In this document: positions 1-13,503 of the stretch, piece by piece | Position numbering within the stretch: position 1 is the first letter of the stretch | How the letters are laid out: every line of letters starts with the position of its first letter | Assembly: GCF_000143415.4 (NCBI RefSeq) | Contig: NW_003314267.1 | Location: 1,985,497-2,049,496 of the forward strand | From: Selaginella moellendorffii | Taxonomy: Eukaryota; Plantae; Lycopodiophyta | DNA: 64,000 nucleotides | Direction of reading: 5' to 3' | Program-made: the position numbers and the translations under genes | The notes under the pieces: model-generated | Seen by the model: only the letters and a program-made list of their open reading frames with translations | Told to the model about the DNA's origin: nothing | Database searches by the model: none

Positions 1-1751
1 AACGTGGCTACCTGAAACATAAAGAGGCTCTCAAGAGGATCTCCACAAAAATAATGACTTGCCTCGTCACCCTTTCTTATGCAGTAGCCACAGTTTTCTT
101 TGATTGACGACTCTGCCTTGGTCGTGTTTGTCTTCAAATCTGGCTCGAACTTTAGCTGTTGTCAAGCAAAAGATTTAGTCAAGAGAAGCTATATAGAACT
201 TGATACACACGAATCATATCTTACCTCAATCGAGCCACAGTTCGTTGCTCCGACTAAAGCCATGGACATGAGTCCCTCCTGCCATTCCCCTTCCAGCACA
301 ATCTGGACGAAAGAGACGTGATCAGACTCATATCTGCTGCACAGTACTGCAACTTACTCGCTCATTGACAACATAGAGATTCTTAATTGTCCTGGCGGCA
401 CGCGCATTGACAGGATACAGATCTCCTGGACAATTGGAAATGGAGAAAAGCACTTTAAAATGCACCCAGCTTGAAAGGCATTCAAACTTGTACCTGAGAA
501 GTGACGCCGATTCTCTATGCACCAGTTGGAAGGAGAATGCACGCGGTGATAATCTCCAGGGCCCAGATACAAAACGCAATAGAAAAGTGCGCGAGGGGGC
601 CTGGAAAGATAAAGGCATCCAAACATCACACAAAAAACGAAGGTACCTTACCTTACCTCACTTCCTTGGGCCGCTTGTCAGTGCCTGGTGAGCGCCAGAA
701 TGTAAATATACTTCGGGACGATTTCTTTTCTTCTGGTGCCGCTGCAGTCTTTATCGGATTCGGTTCAAAGCCAAGGAGAGCAGACAGCGAGTACGTAAAT
801 CCTTTCACTTGCTCTACCTTCGCTCCCGGTTGCGCAACACGGCCATACCTCGTGACTATGCCATCCACAGGGCTCAGCTGTGCATTATGAGAATTCAGCT
901 ATCAGCAGGAAAACAATAAGACAAGATAGACTTACCATACAGTTTTCTCGAGTGTCGATCGGCCGTGCTCCTGCTTTCAGTCCTCTGGCAAAAAACTCGC
1001 GAAGCGAGGAGTACTCCTCCAGAGACAGAGGTACCTCGTCCAGGTCTGAACAACACATTTAAGTTAAGTTTTTCGCAAGTCTTGTACATATACCTGTGTG
1101 AAACGCTCGAGCCCAGCCCTTGTACACATAAGGTCGTGACCACGTAGGCAAGTTCTAAGAGAAGAAAAAAATAAGAAACATAAACAATGCATGAAACCTG
1201 ACTCACAATAGACGAGATCGATCCCCAGACACGAGAGATGAAGCGCAGTGGCAACAGTCGTAGAAACGAGGCCTGGAAAACAAGAAAGAAAATGTAGGAA
1301 CCTTAGACCTTTCCAAAAACCCGGAAACTCTTCTAGTGTACCTTGGTGTCTGGGGAAAACTCTGGCTCGATTCCCTTTTGTATCGCAAGCTCCATCTAGA
1401 AACAAAGTAAACCATCCATCAGCATTGTCACATCACAGGCTACCATCGAAAAAAATCCACCTGTTTCTCCTCGTAAATTCTCTTTCCTTGCAGCACTGCG
1501 ACCATCGCCAGTGTCGCGACTGTAGCGCCGGGAAGAAAAGACCTAGCTGCGCCATGCAAGAAAGAAGCATTCGGATGCGGAATAGGATCGATCGAGCTCT
1601 CACCTTTGCCCGCTGCTGATCCCGCTGGCTGCCGCTCCCGCACCACAGATTCTTCCTCGGCGGCCGCGGCAGCGGTGGCGCCGGATGCCGAAGAGCTGAA
1701 TCGCGCGCGCGATCGCGCCCTCCATCGCAATATTTTGGAGAGGAGCGCCAT
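1..1751 (-). CDS. PSD1: Phosphatidylserine decarboxylase proenzyme 1 (mitochondrial type); multi-exon, 3' end runs off the left edge
   Basis: ATG at 1751 with Arg/Ser-rich presequence. Spliced exons give [79 protein letters not shown]. The last visible exon starts VAT, just before the expected GST cleavage motif. Confidence 0.95.
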
Positions 1752-1999
1752 GCAAGAAGAGCTTGCCCTACTCAGCTTCTACTAAAATTCCTTATATATT
1801 CTCTAGAAAATCTTTGGTTGGAGATTTCGTGGAGCTCAAGATACGTCCAGAAAGAACCCCAAGTAAACTCGATCGAGAGCTCCCAAAACTTTTTTACCGA
1901 TCGATCGATCTTGCTAGAGTGGAGATTTTCACAGCAAAAAAACTATGGGATTTCAAGCTCGATTCCTTGTAGGGGGTTTAGGGTTTAAAGCTTGGTGTG

Positions 2000-3690
2000 A
2001 TGCTGCGGAGACGCCTCTCTTCGCTCTTTCGACGGGCAAATGTGGCCTTTTTCTCGCAATCTTCGCCGGGCTCGGGTTTGATCGATCTGTGCCTCGGTTT
2101 GTGCAATGGATTTGATTTTCTTTTTCCTCGCAGGCTCGCTCGATGTTGCTGAAAATCTCAATAGCAGGTAAGCCGCGTTGGCATTTCATGTCTATCCATC
2201 GTGTTATAAGCTTCTTCCTCGTTGTTCTATCTCTTCTTGGCATCGTATGTAGTGTAATTCTAGAGAAGTTCTTGCCATTTTGCGTTAACACAAATCTTCG
2301 TTTTTCAAGCTTTGATTCTTTCTAGCCGAATGGTAGCATGATCTTTTTCTTTTTCTTTCTCTTTTCTAGGATCGTCATACCAAACAAGCAACGAAAGAGA
2401 GTCAAGCCAGGGGTGATCTCACGAGAGTTGGCTCTACCGAAAAACACAAAGAGGCCTATGTACGCGCGAGAAACTGTGCGAGGAACTCCAGAGCAGCCAC
2501 TCGAGCCTCAGGTGCACGATGAGCACGACCGAAAATCCATGAGAACTTCGTGCCGGTTGGCTGCTCAGGTCTTGGAATACGCTGGAACTCTTGTCAAGGT
2601 AACATTCACCGCTAGATTTCTCTCAGAAAGAAAAAGGAAGTCTGATTGTTTTCCTTCAAAAGCCAGGGGTCACGACCGATTACATTGACAGGCAAGCTCA
2701 CAAGTTGATCATGAACTCCGGAGCGTATCCCTCTCCGCTCAGATATGCGCGATTTCCAAAGAGCATTTGCACTTCAGTAAACGATGTTATATGTCATGGA
2801 ATCCCGGATTCCCGTCCGTTGGAGGCAAGATCTCTTTTTCTCTTTCTGTTTTCTTCTTCGCAGATCAAGCTTCTCTTACTCCAGCTGCTGCTTTAGGATG
2901 GCGATATCATAAACATCGATGTCACGGTGTACAGAAGCGTAAGGTTTCCACTTCTAGTTTTTCCAGGATTGTTAGCTTTGATTGATTTCCTTGTTGCAGG
3001 GATTTCACGGCGACACATCGAAGACGTTTCTTTGTGGCAATGTCGACGACGAGCTCAAACAGCTGGTGGATGTAAGCTCTTTCCATTTTTACTTTTCCAA
3101 ATCGATATTATTTGTGTTTCTTCTGATCTTTTCTAGGTAACTCGAGAGTGTTTAACCATGGCGATTTCTATCTGTGGCCCTGGAGTTGACTACAGACTCA
3201 TTGGAGAAACAATCAAGTAAATAAAAGTGTTATCTTTGTTGCCTCACAGGATCTTTTTATTCTTCTTCCTAGTGAAATTGCCGATCGCTACAACTATGGC
3301 ATCGTTCGAGACTTTCTCGGTCATGGTATTGGCAGATACTTCCATTCCGCTCCAGCGATCATACCTTACCGTAAGCGTTTTCTTCTTTCGCAGCTCCAAA
3401 GTTTCTTAAGTTTCATCCTTCCAGGCAATAGAATTCCTGGAAAAATGCAAGTGGGAGAAACATTCACTATAGGCAAGACAAGAAAGAAGGAAAAAAACTC
3501 TCTCGTTTAATAGCTCTCACGTCTATGCTCTGATCTCGCAGAACCCATTTTAACGACTGGAGGAACGGAGTATCAGATTTGGAACGATGGTTGGACGGCA
3601 GTAACTAAGGATGGTAGCTATGCAGCACAGTTTGAGCACACTGTGCTCATCCTAGAAACTGGTGTAGAGATTCTAACACTGCCTCTCTGA
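2000..3690 (+). CDS. MAP1D: Methionine aminopeptidase type 1, organellar (MAP1D-like), about 10 exons
   Basis: Motifs [86 protein letters not shown] at 3688-3690. ATG at 2000 opens a transit-like [12 protein letters not shown]; first exons less certain. Confidence 0.9.
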
Positions 3691-3699
3691 GACTTGTTT

Positions 3700-5800
3700 T
3701 CCATAGAATTTGAATTCTTAACATTAGCATTTGGCCAAAACTACAAACTTTTAAACTTCTTTTTTAATATCTATTTTATTACTAAAAGGGAGTTTTATAT
3801 AACTTTAGGATACATTTTTTAACTGCTTTTATGACTTAAATTAGGTTACTACTTTAACAATAATCACTAAAACAATGTAGCCTTATAAGAAAATGCTGAA
3901 TTTAATTTTAATCTATATCCAAACATGGTTAAATATGTTAAAACTTTAGAGATGATGTTTTTGGTTTGCATAAGCAAACTTGTAAACGGACTGGGATGGT
4001 AGTGAATATACCAAGAATATGTTTGAATATTTTAGGATATTCTACCATCTAATGGTTGTTAATTTTGTATTTATAATTTTAAACATGTTTATAATGTATA
4101 AACTTTCTTAAACCCTATCTAGTATATTCTTTTTTATTACATCATCTATATATTCAATAAGATTAATCTTGTATTTATCAATTACAAACATTCTTATAAT
4201 TGTTAACTTTATTCGATCAATTGGATTAAAAAATAAGAATAACACTACTATTAAACAAACAAAACATTGCTACATGCAATGCATAGCAAATTTTTATATA
4301 AATTTAGTTATTTAATTAATTAATTTTACAAATAATAAAGAGAATAATGCCTTAGAATTATTTTGTTATTATTGAGTATAAAGAAAAAATAAGGTAAAAC
4401 GTTTTTCCTCTTTTATGACTTTTAAAAACAATAAGTGCCAATATTTTTCTACTTCTTTACTAATATTTAAATGATATTAATACATTTATATTACAATGTT
4501 AAATTTAAATGACTATTAACAAATTCATAAACTATAATTACATTTATAATTAAAGTGCACTCTTCAAAAGTAAATAAAAGTATTGAAATTTATAAATAAA
4601 ATTATACGTTTCATAAATTTAATAAAAAATAGTTTCTAATTTTTAAAATTTAATTTCAGCATCGTCATTACCCTTGTGAAATATTTTTTGAAATTCTATT
4701 TTTTATCTAAAATATATATAATATTAATAATGCTAAAAGTTTTACAAATTGTTTCTTTAAGATGTTTACAGCAAAGTATGTTATTAATATTTTTATTATT
4801 ATTATTACATTAATTTTTATTAAAGTGTTTATATATATACTATCCAAATTAAAATTATAATATTTTTCTTAAAGAATGTATAACTAATTGAAATAACTGT
4901 TATAAATTGTATTAATATCAATTAAATGATCTTTCCTTGTAAACCTTTCTTATACAGATGGTGTTTGTTATGAGTTTAGCATTATAGAGAGAGCCTTTTT
5001 AATAAATAATATATAATTGATGACGGATTAGTTTATCACAAAGTATTTTTTCTTGTATTTATATGTAAAATAATTTTTTTTTCTTTTGTTGTAATAAATG
5101 CAAAAGTTTTCTTTTTGGTTTTTTTTACCCATAAATGCAACCTTTCCCCCTTATCTAAAGGGCGTGCGTTTAAAGAATGTGCAACAAATATATTAACGAA
5201 TGAAATTAAATATCTGATTTCTACCAAATAGTGTCAAATCAGAATTCACTAATGCAACCAAAAACATGTTTTGAGTCACTCTTGGACAGTAAATGTTTTT
5301 TTTGTTTTTGTTTTTTAGTTTTAATCTTTTCTTTTTCAAGAATGCTATCTTAAATAACATCCCAACTATAATCAACTGTCATCATCTCTCTTTTACTGCC
5401 TTTCAAATGAGTTCAAATTACATTTAGTTTTCGTTTTCTTAATACTCACCATTATAGTGAATTAATTAAATTTTCTATTCATAACAAAATTATTTATCTC
5501 AAGAAAGTATTTTTAAAACAATCATGAATAATAAACTTATTTTAGATAATGTTTTAATTTTTTTGTCCCTTATGAGAAAATAAAATCTTTAATAACCTTT
5601 ATTGAAAATTAAAACTACACACTTATTAATCTTTGTTTTAAATTGAGGATTTGAAAAAAAACATTGTAATCATGAAAGAAAAATAATAAAATCACAAAAT
5701 GTTTAAAATATAAAAATCAGGCTTACCAAATTTTTAAAAAATGTTTAATAAAAATTTGAAATATTTTAAAATTATATATACATTTACATATCTTTTTAAT
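3700..5800. other. Very AT-rich intergenic block, no recognisable coding content
   Basis: Abrupt composition shift relative to flanking genes; only short low-complexity ORFs. Confidence 0.7.
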
Positions 5801-5894
5801 ACTTTACAACCGCGCAGAGGAGGGATCCAGCCGTGCGATTGGATCGTATCGGACGGTTCCGCGACTAGAAAACGCCATTATCGCCAATCTCGCC

Positions 5895-6327
5895 ATGGGA
5901 GTGACCAAGGAGGGCGTGGAGGAAACGCTCAAGGCCAAGCTCACCCCGACCCATCTGGTAAGCCCAAGTTCTTACTAGTTCTCGCCTCCTGATCCTCGCG
6001 GCTGGTTCTCACTTTTCAATTTCTCGCGATTTTCCTTCCAGGTCGTCATCGATACATCCGGAGGGTAAGCGCGCGGCGATGATCTGTGAGAGAATTCTCT
6101 GGCCTTCCCTAATGTTTCTCTTGGATTGTAGATGTGGGGCTAGCTTCGACATCGAGATCGCGTCTTCGAATTTCGAGGGCAAGAGGCTGCTGGAGCGCCA
6201 TCGCCTAGTGAACGCGGCGCTGGCTGAGGAGCTCAAAGACATCCACGCCCTCTCCATCCGCAAGGCCTTGACGCCCAAGCAATGGGAAGAACAGCACCCA
6301 GCGCCTGAGAATCTGGCCACGGCGTGA
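5895..6327 (+). CDS. BOLA2: BolA-like protein 2, 3 exons
   Basis: MGVTKEGVEETLKAKLTPTHL / VVIDTSGG / CGASFDIEIASSNFEGKRLLERHRLVNAALAEELKDIHALSIRKALTP, joined by GT-AG introns. Confidence 0.95.
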
Positions 6328-6442
6328 GCGCTCTTCTATGAATTACTTTCTTTCTTTTCAGCACAAAAAACCCCCGCGAAGAATTCGCTCGCTTTAAAGA
6401 ATCTCATCTACCATATATTTTAGGGTTTTCTGTGCGAGAGCG

Positions 6443-9400
6443 ATGGCGGCCTCGCGGCGTGGCCAGAAGAGGAAGCGATCGGGCAATTCGCGAGGTATAG
6501 CTTCCTCCCAGTTCTCCTCTCGCGATGAAGGCGCCGATTACAAGCACTGCGGGTTCCTCCTCACCGCCGTGGAATCCGATCCTCTCCTCCATGATCAGAG
6601 CAGCATTCCCCCGGATTGCTGCTCCAACAGCGGTGAAGATTTCGGCGAGCTAGTCCAGTGCCGCGATGGCGTCCAGGAGGCGCCAGACGAATGTAGGTTT
6701 TCCAGCCTCGTGGGAGCCGAGTGTGAATTAACTGGCCAGGGCGCCAACGCTACCATTGCGATTGACGCCTTTCACGCGATTCCAGCCGCAATCGCGGAAG
6801 AATCCGTGCTGATCGATCCCGCCACTCCGGATTCCACGTCGCGGAGCTCGGAAAAGTGTCGCAGCAGCTCAGGGAAGCGGCGGGGCAGCTCTAGCGTCAC
6901 GATTCCAAGCATTGTCTCGCAGCTCCAGAGAGTGGCTTCCATGAACGGCTTGAAATTCCGGGGCCGCGTTGTCAAGGTTGTCCAGAAAGGGGCCGTGGTT
7001 CGTGCGGTGGTACTCATCGATGTGTTCTTTCCTTTGCGGCATTTTATCACGCTTAGCAGCTGGAAGGGTGGCAGTGCCAGTGCTTTCGCCATGGGCCACT
7101 TGAGGTAAGCATAGGTCTTGGTGTTTCTTAGCATCGTTCTTAGCTCTAAGAAGTTTTATAGTTTTGGCGATCCATTCTAAAAGAAAAAACTTTACGTTTT
7201 TCTTGCAGCTGCGATTGGAGCCGGAGGAAAGAGCTTGAAGCTTCAAGTTCTTCGATCGATGACCGAGACGTGTGGAACCTTTCGGAATGCCATGTTGTTG
7301 GCTGCTCTCTACACTCCAGTGTGTCCACTTCCGTCAAGAACACGAGGTTTAGTCTTCACGAGATTTTTAACTCGCTCTCGGCCGGCGATGCAGGCAGGAG
7401 ATTCGTAGGCACCAGCTTAGTCTGTGCTGGTGATGAAGATCGTCGGTGCAGTGGCTTGTGGGATCTCCCCGACGAGATCCTCACGTCCGTCTTTAGCAGG
7501 CTCCTTCCCAGGGATTTACTGAGCATTGCAGCGGTTTGCCGGCACACCCGCGAACTGACGAGGTTTATCGTCCCTTGTATGAACCTTCGACTGTTTCCAC
7601 ACCAGAATGCGGCGGTCCAGTGGATGCTCCACCGCGAGACGAATCCACAACGTTTCAGGAACCCGATACATAAGGATTTACAGACGGAAGATGGATTCCA
7701 CCTCTTTTTGAACAGCGTTACCGGGGAGATTTCTATCGAGATGCCGGAGCTCAGCGACTTCCGTGGGGGCCTGTTTTGCGACGAGCCGGGACTGGGAAAA
7801 ACCATCACAGCTTTGTCACTTGTACTGAAGAGCCAGGGGATCTTTCCATCTCCTCCACCGGGTGCTGAAGTTTGCTGGTCTTCTAGTCTGTCGGGCGAGA
7901 AGATCGGATACTACGAAGCAACCTCAGGGACGCAGAGAATGTCGTTACTGAAGCGATGCATGGCTATGAAGGGACGTAGATATCAGCTCGGAGCGGAAAC
8001 TCCAAGCGAGTTTGGCAAGCGGAAGGCAGCGGCTGACGACTCTATACTAGAGCCTTTGCGCATCAGGAGGAAGCTTTTGGACAGCTATGGTGACGGTAGC
8101 GAAGAAGCTGGTGTTGCGGATATCGGGGCAGCAGCAGCAGCATCACAGCAGCCAGAAGTAGCTGATGATGTGTGGGTGCAATGCGACGGCTGTAAGAAAT
8201 GGCGTAAACTGGCACACGGTTGTGGCTCTCCTCAGGATGGTTCGGCCTGGTTTTGTAAGATGAACAGGAACCCTCAGTATCAGAGCTGCTCAGCGCCGGA
8301 AGAATCATGGGACGGGAAAGACAGTATTTCTCACTTGGAAGGCTTTCACAGGAAAGGCAGCGAGGCTGGCCTGGAGCGGAACGTGTCGTTTTTCTTTTCG
8401 ATCCTGAAGGACCGTGCGGCGTTACTGAACTCCGAGGCCAAGAAGGCATTGAACTGGCTAGCAGATTTGCGTTCTTTGGAGCTTACAAAGATGGCAAGCT
8501 CGGGTATCCCAGTTCCGCAGCACTTGAGAATGGTCTCGGTCACAGGACGGACGGAGCACGAGTACGAAGAGTTCTTCCTGGCCTTCGGCCTCGTCCCAAA
8601 GCAGGACAAGAAGAAGGTGCCGAAATGGCAGTATCCGGAGGGACTCACGGGCTTTCACCTCGACACGTTAGCTCTCAAGTGTGCTCTATCAAAGCCCGTG
8701 GAAGAAGTCACTCGGGTATACCTCTCAAAGGCAACCTTGATCGTGGTTCCGTCAAACTTGGTGGAGCACTGGAAGACTCAGATACAGAGGCACACGAGTG
8801 ACAAGCAGCTGCGAGTTTATGCCTGCCTCGACTCGAAAAACGCTCCTACGTCGCACAGCCTTGCGTGGGATTACGACATTGTCATCACGACGTTCAACCG
8901 GCTCAGCATTGAATGGAACAGCAGGGAGAGCAGCCTGCTGATGCAAATACACTGGTTTCGGATTATTCTGGACGAGGGGCATACGCTCGGAGCTAGTTTC
9001 TCACTCACCAACAAGCTTCAGATGGCCGTCAATATGCGGGCTTCATGTCGGTGGGTTCTCACAGGAACTCCTACACCGGATACTCCATACAGTCAGCTCG
9101 TCAACCTTCATCCTATGCTGAGGTTCCTCCATGACGAGCTCTATGGTAGCCAGATCAAGCTTTGGGATGCTGCAGTTTTGCGTCCCTTTGAAGCACACTT
9201 GGAGGAAGGCAGGCTCCGTCTGGTGGACTTCCTCCGGAGGTGTATGATCAGTGCAAGGAAGGCCGACTTAAGCTCCATTCCTCCGTGCGTCCGGAAGGTC
9301 AAGCTGGTGGAATTTACAGACAACCATGCTGCCAGCTACAACGAGCTCGTGGAGACGGTCCGGAGAAATCTTCTCATGGCAGACTGGAATGATCCCGACC

Positions 9401-10727
9401 ACGTCGAGTCTCTCTTGAATCCGAAGCAGTGGAAGCTCAAGAATACTACGTTGAGAAACGTCCGGCTGTCTTGCTGCGTTGCGGGCCACATCAAAGTCCG
9501 GAATGCTAATCAAGATATCCAAGAAACGATGGAGATGCTTGTTCAGGACGGCATGGATCCAACCTCGGACCAGTATGGATTCATAAAGGGCTCTCTTCTG
9601 CTTGGAGGAAACTGCTTCAGGTACTAAAGTTTTATCTTTTTCCTTTTAACTGATTCCATTACTTCGTTTGCAGGTGTGGAGAATGGTGTAGACTTCCGAT
9701 CTTAACACCTTGTCTTCACTTCTTGTGCTTGTCGTGCGTATCGTTGGATTGTGAACGGTGCATTTTACCGGAATGTGGAAAACCGTACCAAATGCAGACA
9801 CCGAAAGCTCGTCCAGAGAATCCAAATCCGAAATGGCCAGTTCCACAAGATCTTATCGAGCTACAACCATCCTATATCCAAGTAAGCGAATGGTCACTCA
9901 AAGGTAGCTGGCTCACGGTTTTTGGTTGTGCAGGAAGACTGGCATTCTGAATGGCAAGCAACGTCAAGCAGTAAAGTCTCTTATCTTGTTGAAAGGCTGA
10001 GAGGCCTGCAACAGGAAAACGGGAAACTGCCTGAAAAGGCCATCGTGTTTTCCCAGTTTTTGGAGCATATAAGTGCAATTGAAATGCAGGTAAAGAGCTG
10101 TCGCGAGTTTGGCTTACGATCTTACTTTCGTGTTCTTCGCAGCTCACCAAAGGAGGGATAGAGCATGCAGGAATGTACAGTCCCATGCCTGCTGCAAGCA
10201 AGGTAGAAAGCCTTTCTTTTTCTCACGTTTGCTTATTGTGAAGCTGGATGCTATCAGATGAAATCCTTGAGAACGTTCCAAGAGAACCCCAAATGCGTCG
10301 TCCTTTTGATGGATAGCAGCTCTGCTCTTGGACTGGACTTAAGTTTCGTCACCCATGTTTTTCTCATGGAACCCATATGGGATCGCAGGTTCTTTCAATC
10401 AGCCTTTAGTAGGATTCATTCTTTTTGCTTTTATGTTCTAAAGTTTTGAGTGCCTGGCAGTATCGAGGAACAAGTTGTGAGCCGTGCTCATCGAATGGGA
10501 GCCACTCGGCCAGTGCTTGTGGAAACCTTGGCAATGGCTGGGACGATCGAGGAGCAAATGCTGGGCTTCTTACAGGCATGCTACGTGAAAGCTCTCGAGG
10601 ATTTGCTTGTGCTAATTGTACTCGTTTGTTTCAGCGCTGCTCGGATCCAAGTCGAGGGCACCATGATCCTGCGGAGCTGCAATATCTCACCCGTTTAGCT
10701 TTCGTCAGGAAACATGGCAGCCACTAA
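6443..10727 (+). CDS. F-box / CW zinc finger / SNF2 helicase / RING protein (At3g54460-like)
   Basis: F-box LWDLPDEILTSVFSRL; Walker A DEPGLGKT; CW finger VWVQCDGCKKWRKL..WFC..CSAPEE; DEGH; LTGTP; RING-like CGEWCRLPILTPCLHFLCLSC; helicase-C IVFSQFLEH, LGLDLSFVTHVFLMEP, QVVSRAHRMG. Confidence 0.93.
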
Positions 10728-10729
10728 CG

Positions 10730-12570
10730 CATAGGAAAATTGATTTTTATTACACCATTTCTTTGTCCACAACTGAGGATAAAAAATATAAATAAAATAT
10801 TTAACGTTTAAATGGCCACAAAAGGGCTCATCATTGGATTTATCGCATCTCCCATTTTTTCAGGGATGTAAATAAAATATTCTTGTATTGTCCAACTATT
10901 GTATAATCTCCCATTATTAAGAAACAGAAGATGGAATCATCAATAGATAAAATAAGGGAGCATTTCTAAAATACCCTTAAAATGTGTTTCTTTTCTATAA
11001 AGGACAAAGTGAATATTATTTTAAAATATTGGTTTTATTATTTCACAGGTTGGTCTGTTAACCTTAAAAAATAATTTTTACTCTTAAGAAGGGTCTTATT
11101 TTCTTTCAGTTGTACAACATTGTTTTCTTGGGACCACACAATATACATAGAGCATTCTTTATATTCATTTGATACATTAGTTAAGCTGACTATGCAAAAA
11201 CAGTTGCAACCTTTTTTTATATAATTCTAAAAATAATCCATTTTTTAATCTAAATGGCTAATTCACAACAATTTTCTAGCTAATTACTAATTACATGGCT
11301 ATAATTGTATTAGCCCCATAATTTTATCAGTCAAAACAGATTATAACATTGAAATTCCATCTTCTCCTAGAGGTTCTTTAAATTCATACTAGAAATACCA
11401 GCAAATGCTAAGATGCATATCAATATACAAATATGAGTTACAAAGGTCATTAAAAAGACCTCTTTGTATATTATAGAGATCTTGTATAAGCTGTATACTT
11501 TAATGTAAAACTAAAAAGAGTCTGGAAACACGAGATGTCCTTGGGGTATGGTGTTTTGAATTTTATTTTCTATCTTGAATGGGATTTCTATGTTTAATAG
11601 CTTAAGTGTGATGCGTGGGTTGTAAGGTCTTCTCTCCTTTGATTGGCCACAACACAATCTAACAATCTAAAACTATTGATAAAGCATTTTTTAGAATAAC
11701 GTGTCATAGTGATATATTCCTTAAGAGAATAAGAATTACAACATTTTTAGGTAAGAGTTTGTATGGTGGAAGACTAGAAGGTGTAATAGAATTAAAAAAT
11801 TCAACTAAATTTTTTTCTGGATGTTCAATATCAACATAATCACACCATAAGTGCATATATCACTTTGCAATTAAGAGACTACAATATCATTGATTGGGAT
11901 ATATCAATTAAGTGGGGCAAATATTACTTTGTTAACTGCACTATAAGGATTTGAAATATGAAGCAATGATGGGTAAAAAAAATGATAATAGAGGCTATAT
12001 AATAAGACTGTAAAGTTGGTAAATTAAATAGTTATTACCACCAATTTAAAGCACCAAATGATTTATTTTCAGTAAGTCTTATATTTATTTTAAAGTTAGT
12101 TTTCTTAAATTTTGGTATAATCTAATTAGTTTTACAAAATATAAAATAAATTTATACTTTAACAATTAGTAGTGTTTGTCCAAAGTCTCCCTCTAAAAGG
12201 TAATTTAGAATTTTAAAGATAGTTTAATATTTGATCAATAGCAAAAAAAAATGTATAGATCTTGTAAATATGATAATTTTATTCCTTTTAATTATACATG
12301 ATACTATGGTTTTCATTATAAAATGATTATATTTTGTTAATAGTTTAACATTTGTTAAACAAATTTTAATTTAACATGTTGCCATATGGTAATTTTATAA
12401 TCCATCTTGGTCATTGGAATTTAAATCAATTTTTACTGACACAAATCTATAGATATTTAACTATTATTTAAAGTAATTTCGTAATTTAATTGTATTAACT
12501 TTGGCAATATATACCACAGCTTTCGTTTGAAATAAATACATGTAGATACAGAATGATTATTCAGTGAATG
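10730..12570. other. AT-rich intergenic block
   Basis: No entries in the ORF track; strongly AT-rich between two convergent genes. Confidence 0.65.
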
Positions 12571-12576
12571 AACAGG

Positions 12577-13405
12577 CTATAAATTTTTACACCCTCTGTT
12601 CTTTTCCCACTCTTTGGTTGGATGATAATTTAACAAGCGGAGTTCTTCTTCGGCCCTTGCAAGCTTCGTTCTATTGCTGTTCTGTACAGTGAAAAGCTCG
12701 AGGAATGTCAAAAGCCAGTCTCTACACATGAAAACTTACAAGATTCCTTTGCAGCCTCTGCATTTGTTCCCTGCAAACTTTAACCTCCATTTCGAGATTG
12801 TGCCTGTGACTGTCTGGATCCACCAATTGCTGCTGCTGTATCACTTGCTGGTGTCGAGTTCTTACCGCTTGCGGTTGCCAGATTTGAAGAGCAGTCGAGG
12901 CTTGCCTGCACTGACATAAGTGGTCTTTCTTTCTCAATCCAAAGCCATTACCTTGCATTGTCTGCTCTGATTAGTTCTCTACTTGCTAATGCCACTCTCC
13001 TCTTCTCAAGCACAAAATCTCGTGCCAAAGTCTTGTACTCCCTCTGGAGCAGCAAGATCTGGCTCTGGATCCTCAGCATACGCCGGTTATAATCGTTCTG
13101 TCTGGAGAGTTTGATCCTTCCATACCTGGAGAAGAAAAAATGAAAATTTTCTCAAGAGCTAGGCTAGGAGAAGCTCACCTTGTTGCAAATCGCCTCTTCC
13201 ACGCCACCGCTGTCTCTCCTTCTGTCATGCTACTGCTGCTGCCCAGCTCCTGGTCCCAAAGCAGCCTCCAAATGCAATCCAATTCACTCACGCGTCGCAG
13301 CGCCCGGCACGCCATCGAGATCAAACACACATCCCTGTAATCCAGCCGCGATCGCTCCACGGCGCCAAGGATCACTCGCTGCCAGAGCTCGTCTGGAAGA
13401 TCCAT
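12577..13405 (-). CDS. SKIP24: F-box protein SKIP24-like, 4 exons
   Basis: MDLPDELWQRVILGAVERSRLDYRDVCLISMACRAL, later RQASTALQIWQPQAVR, LEMEVKVCREQM and terminal LNYHP. TAG at 12577-12579. Confidence 0.85.
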
Positions 13406-13410
13406 AATCG

Positions 13411-13476
13411 AAGAGCCCTAACATTTCAAAGGGTTAAAAAAGTGCCAAGGGGAAAAAGATCTTTAGGGTTTAAAGA
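13411..13476 (+). promoter_or_regulatory. Telo-box-containing promoter segment, copy 1 (directly upstream of the SKIP24 ATG)
   Basis: AAGAGCCCTAACATTTCAAAGGGTTAAAA...TTTAGGGTTTAAAGA; recurs at 18141-18195. Confidence 0.75.
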
Positions 13477-13503
13477 AAATTAACGCGGAATTTTCTTAGG
13501 GTT

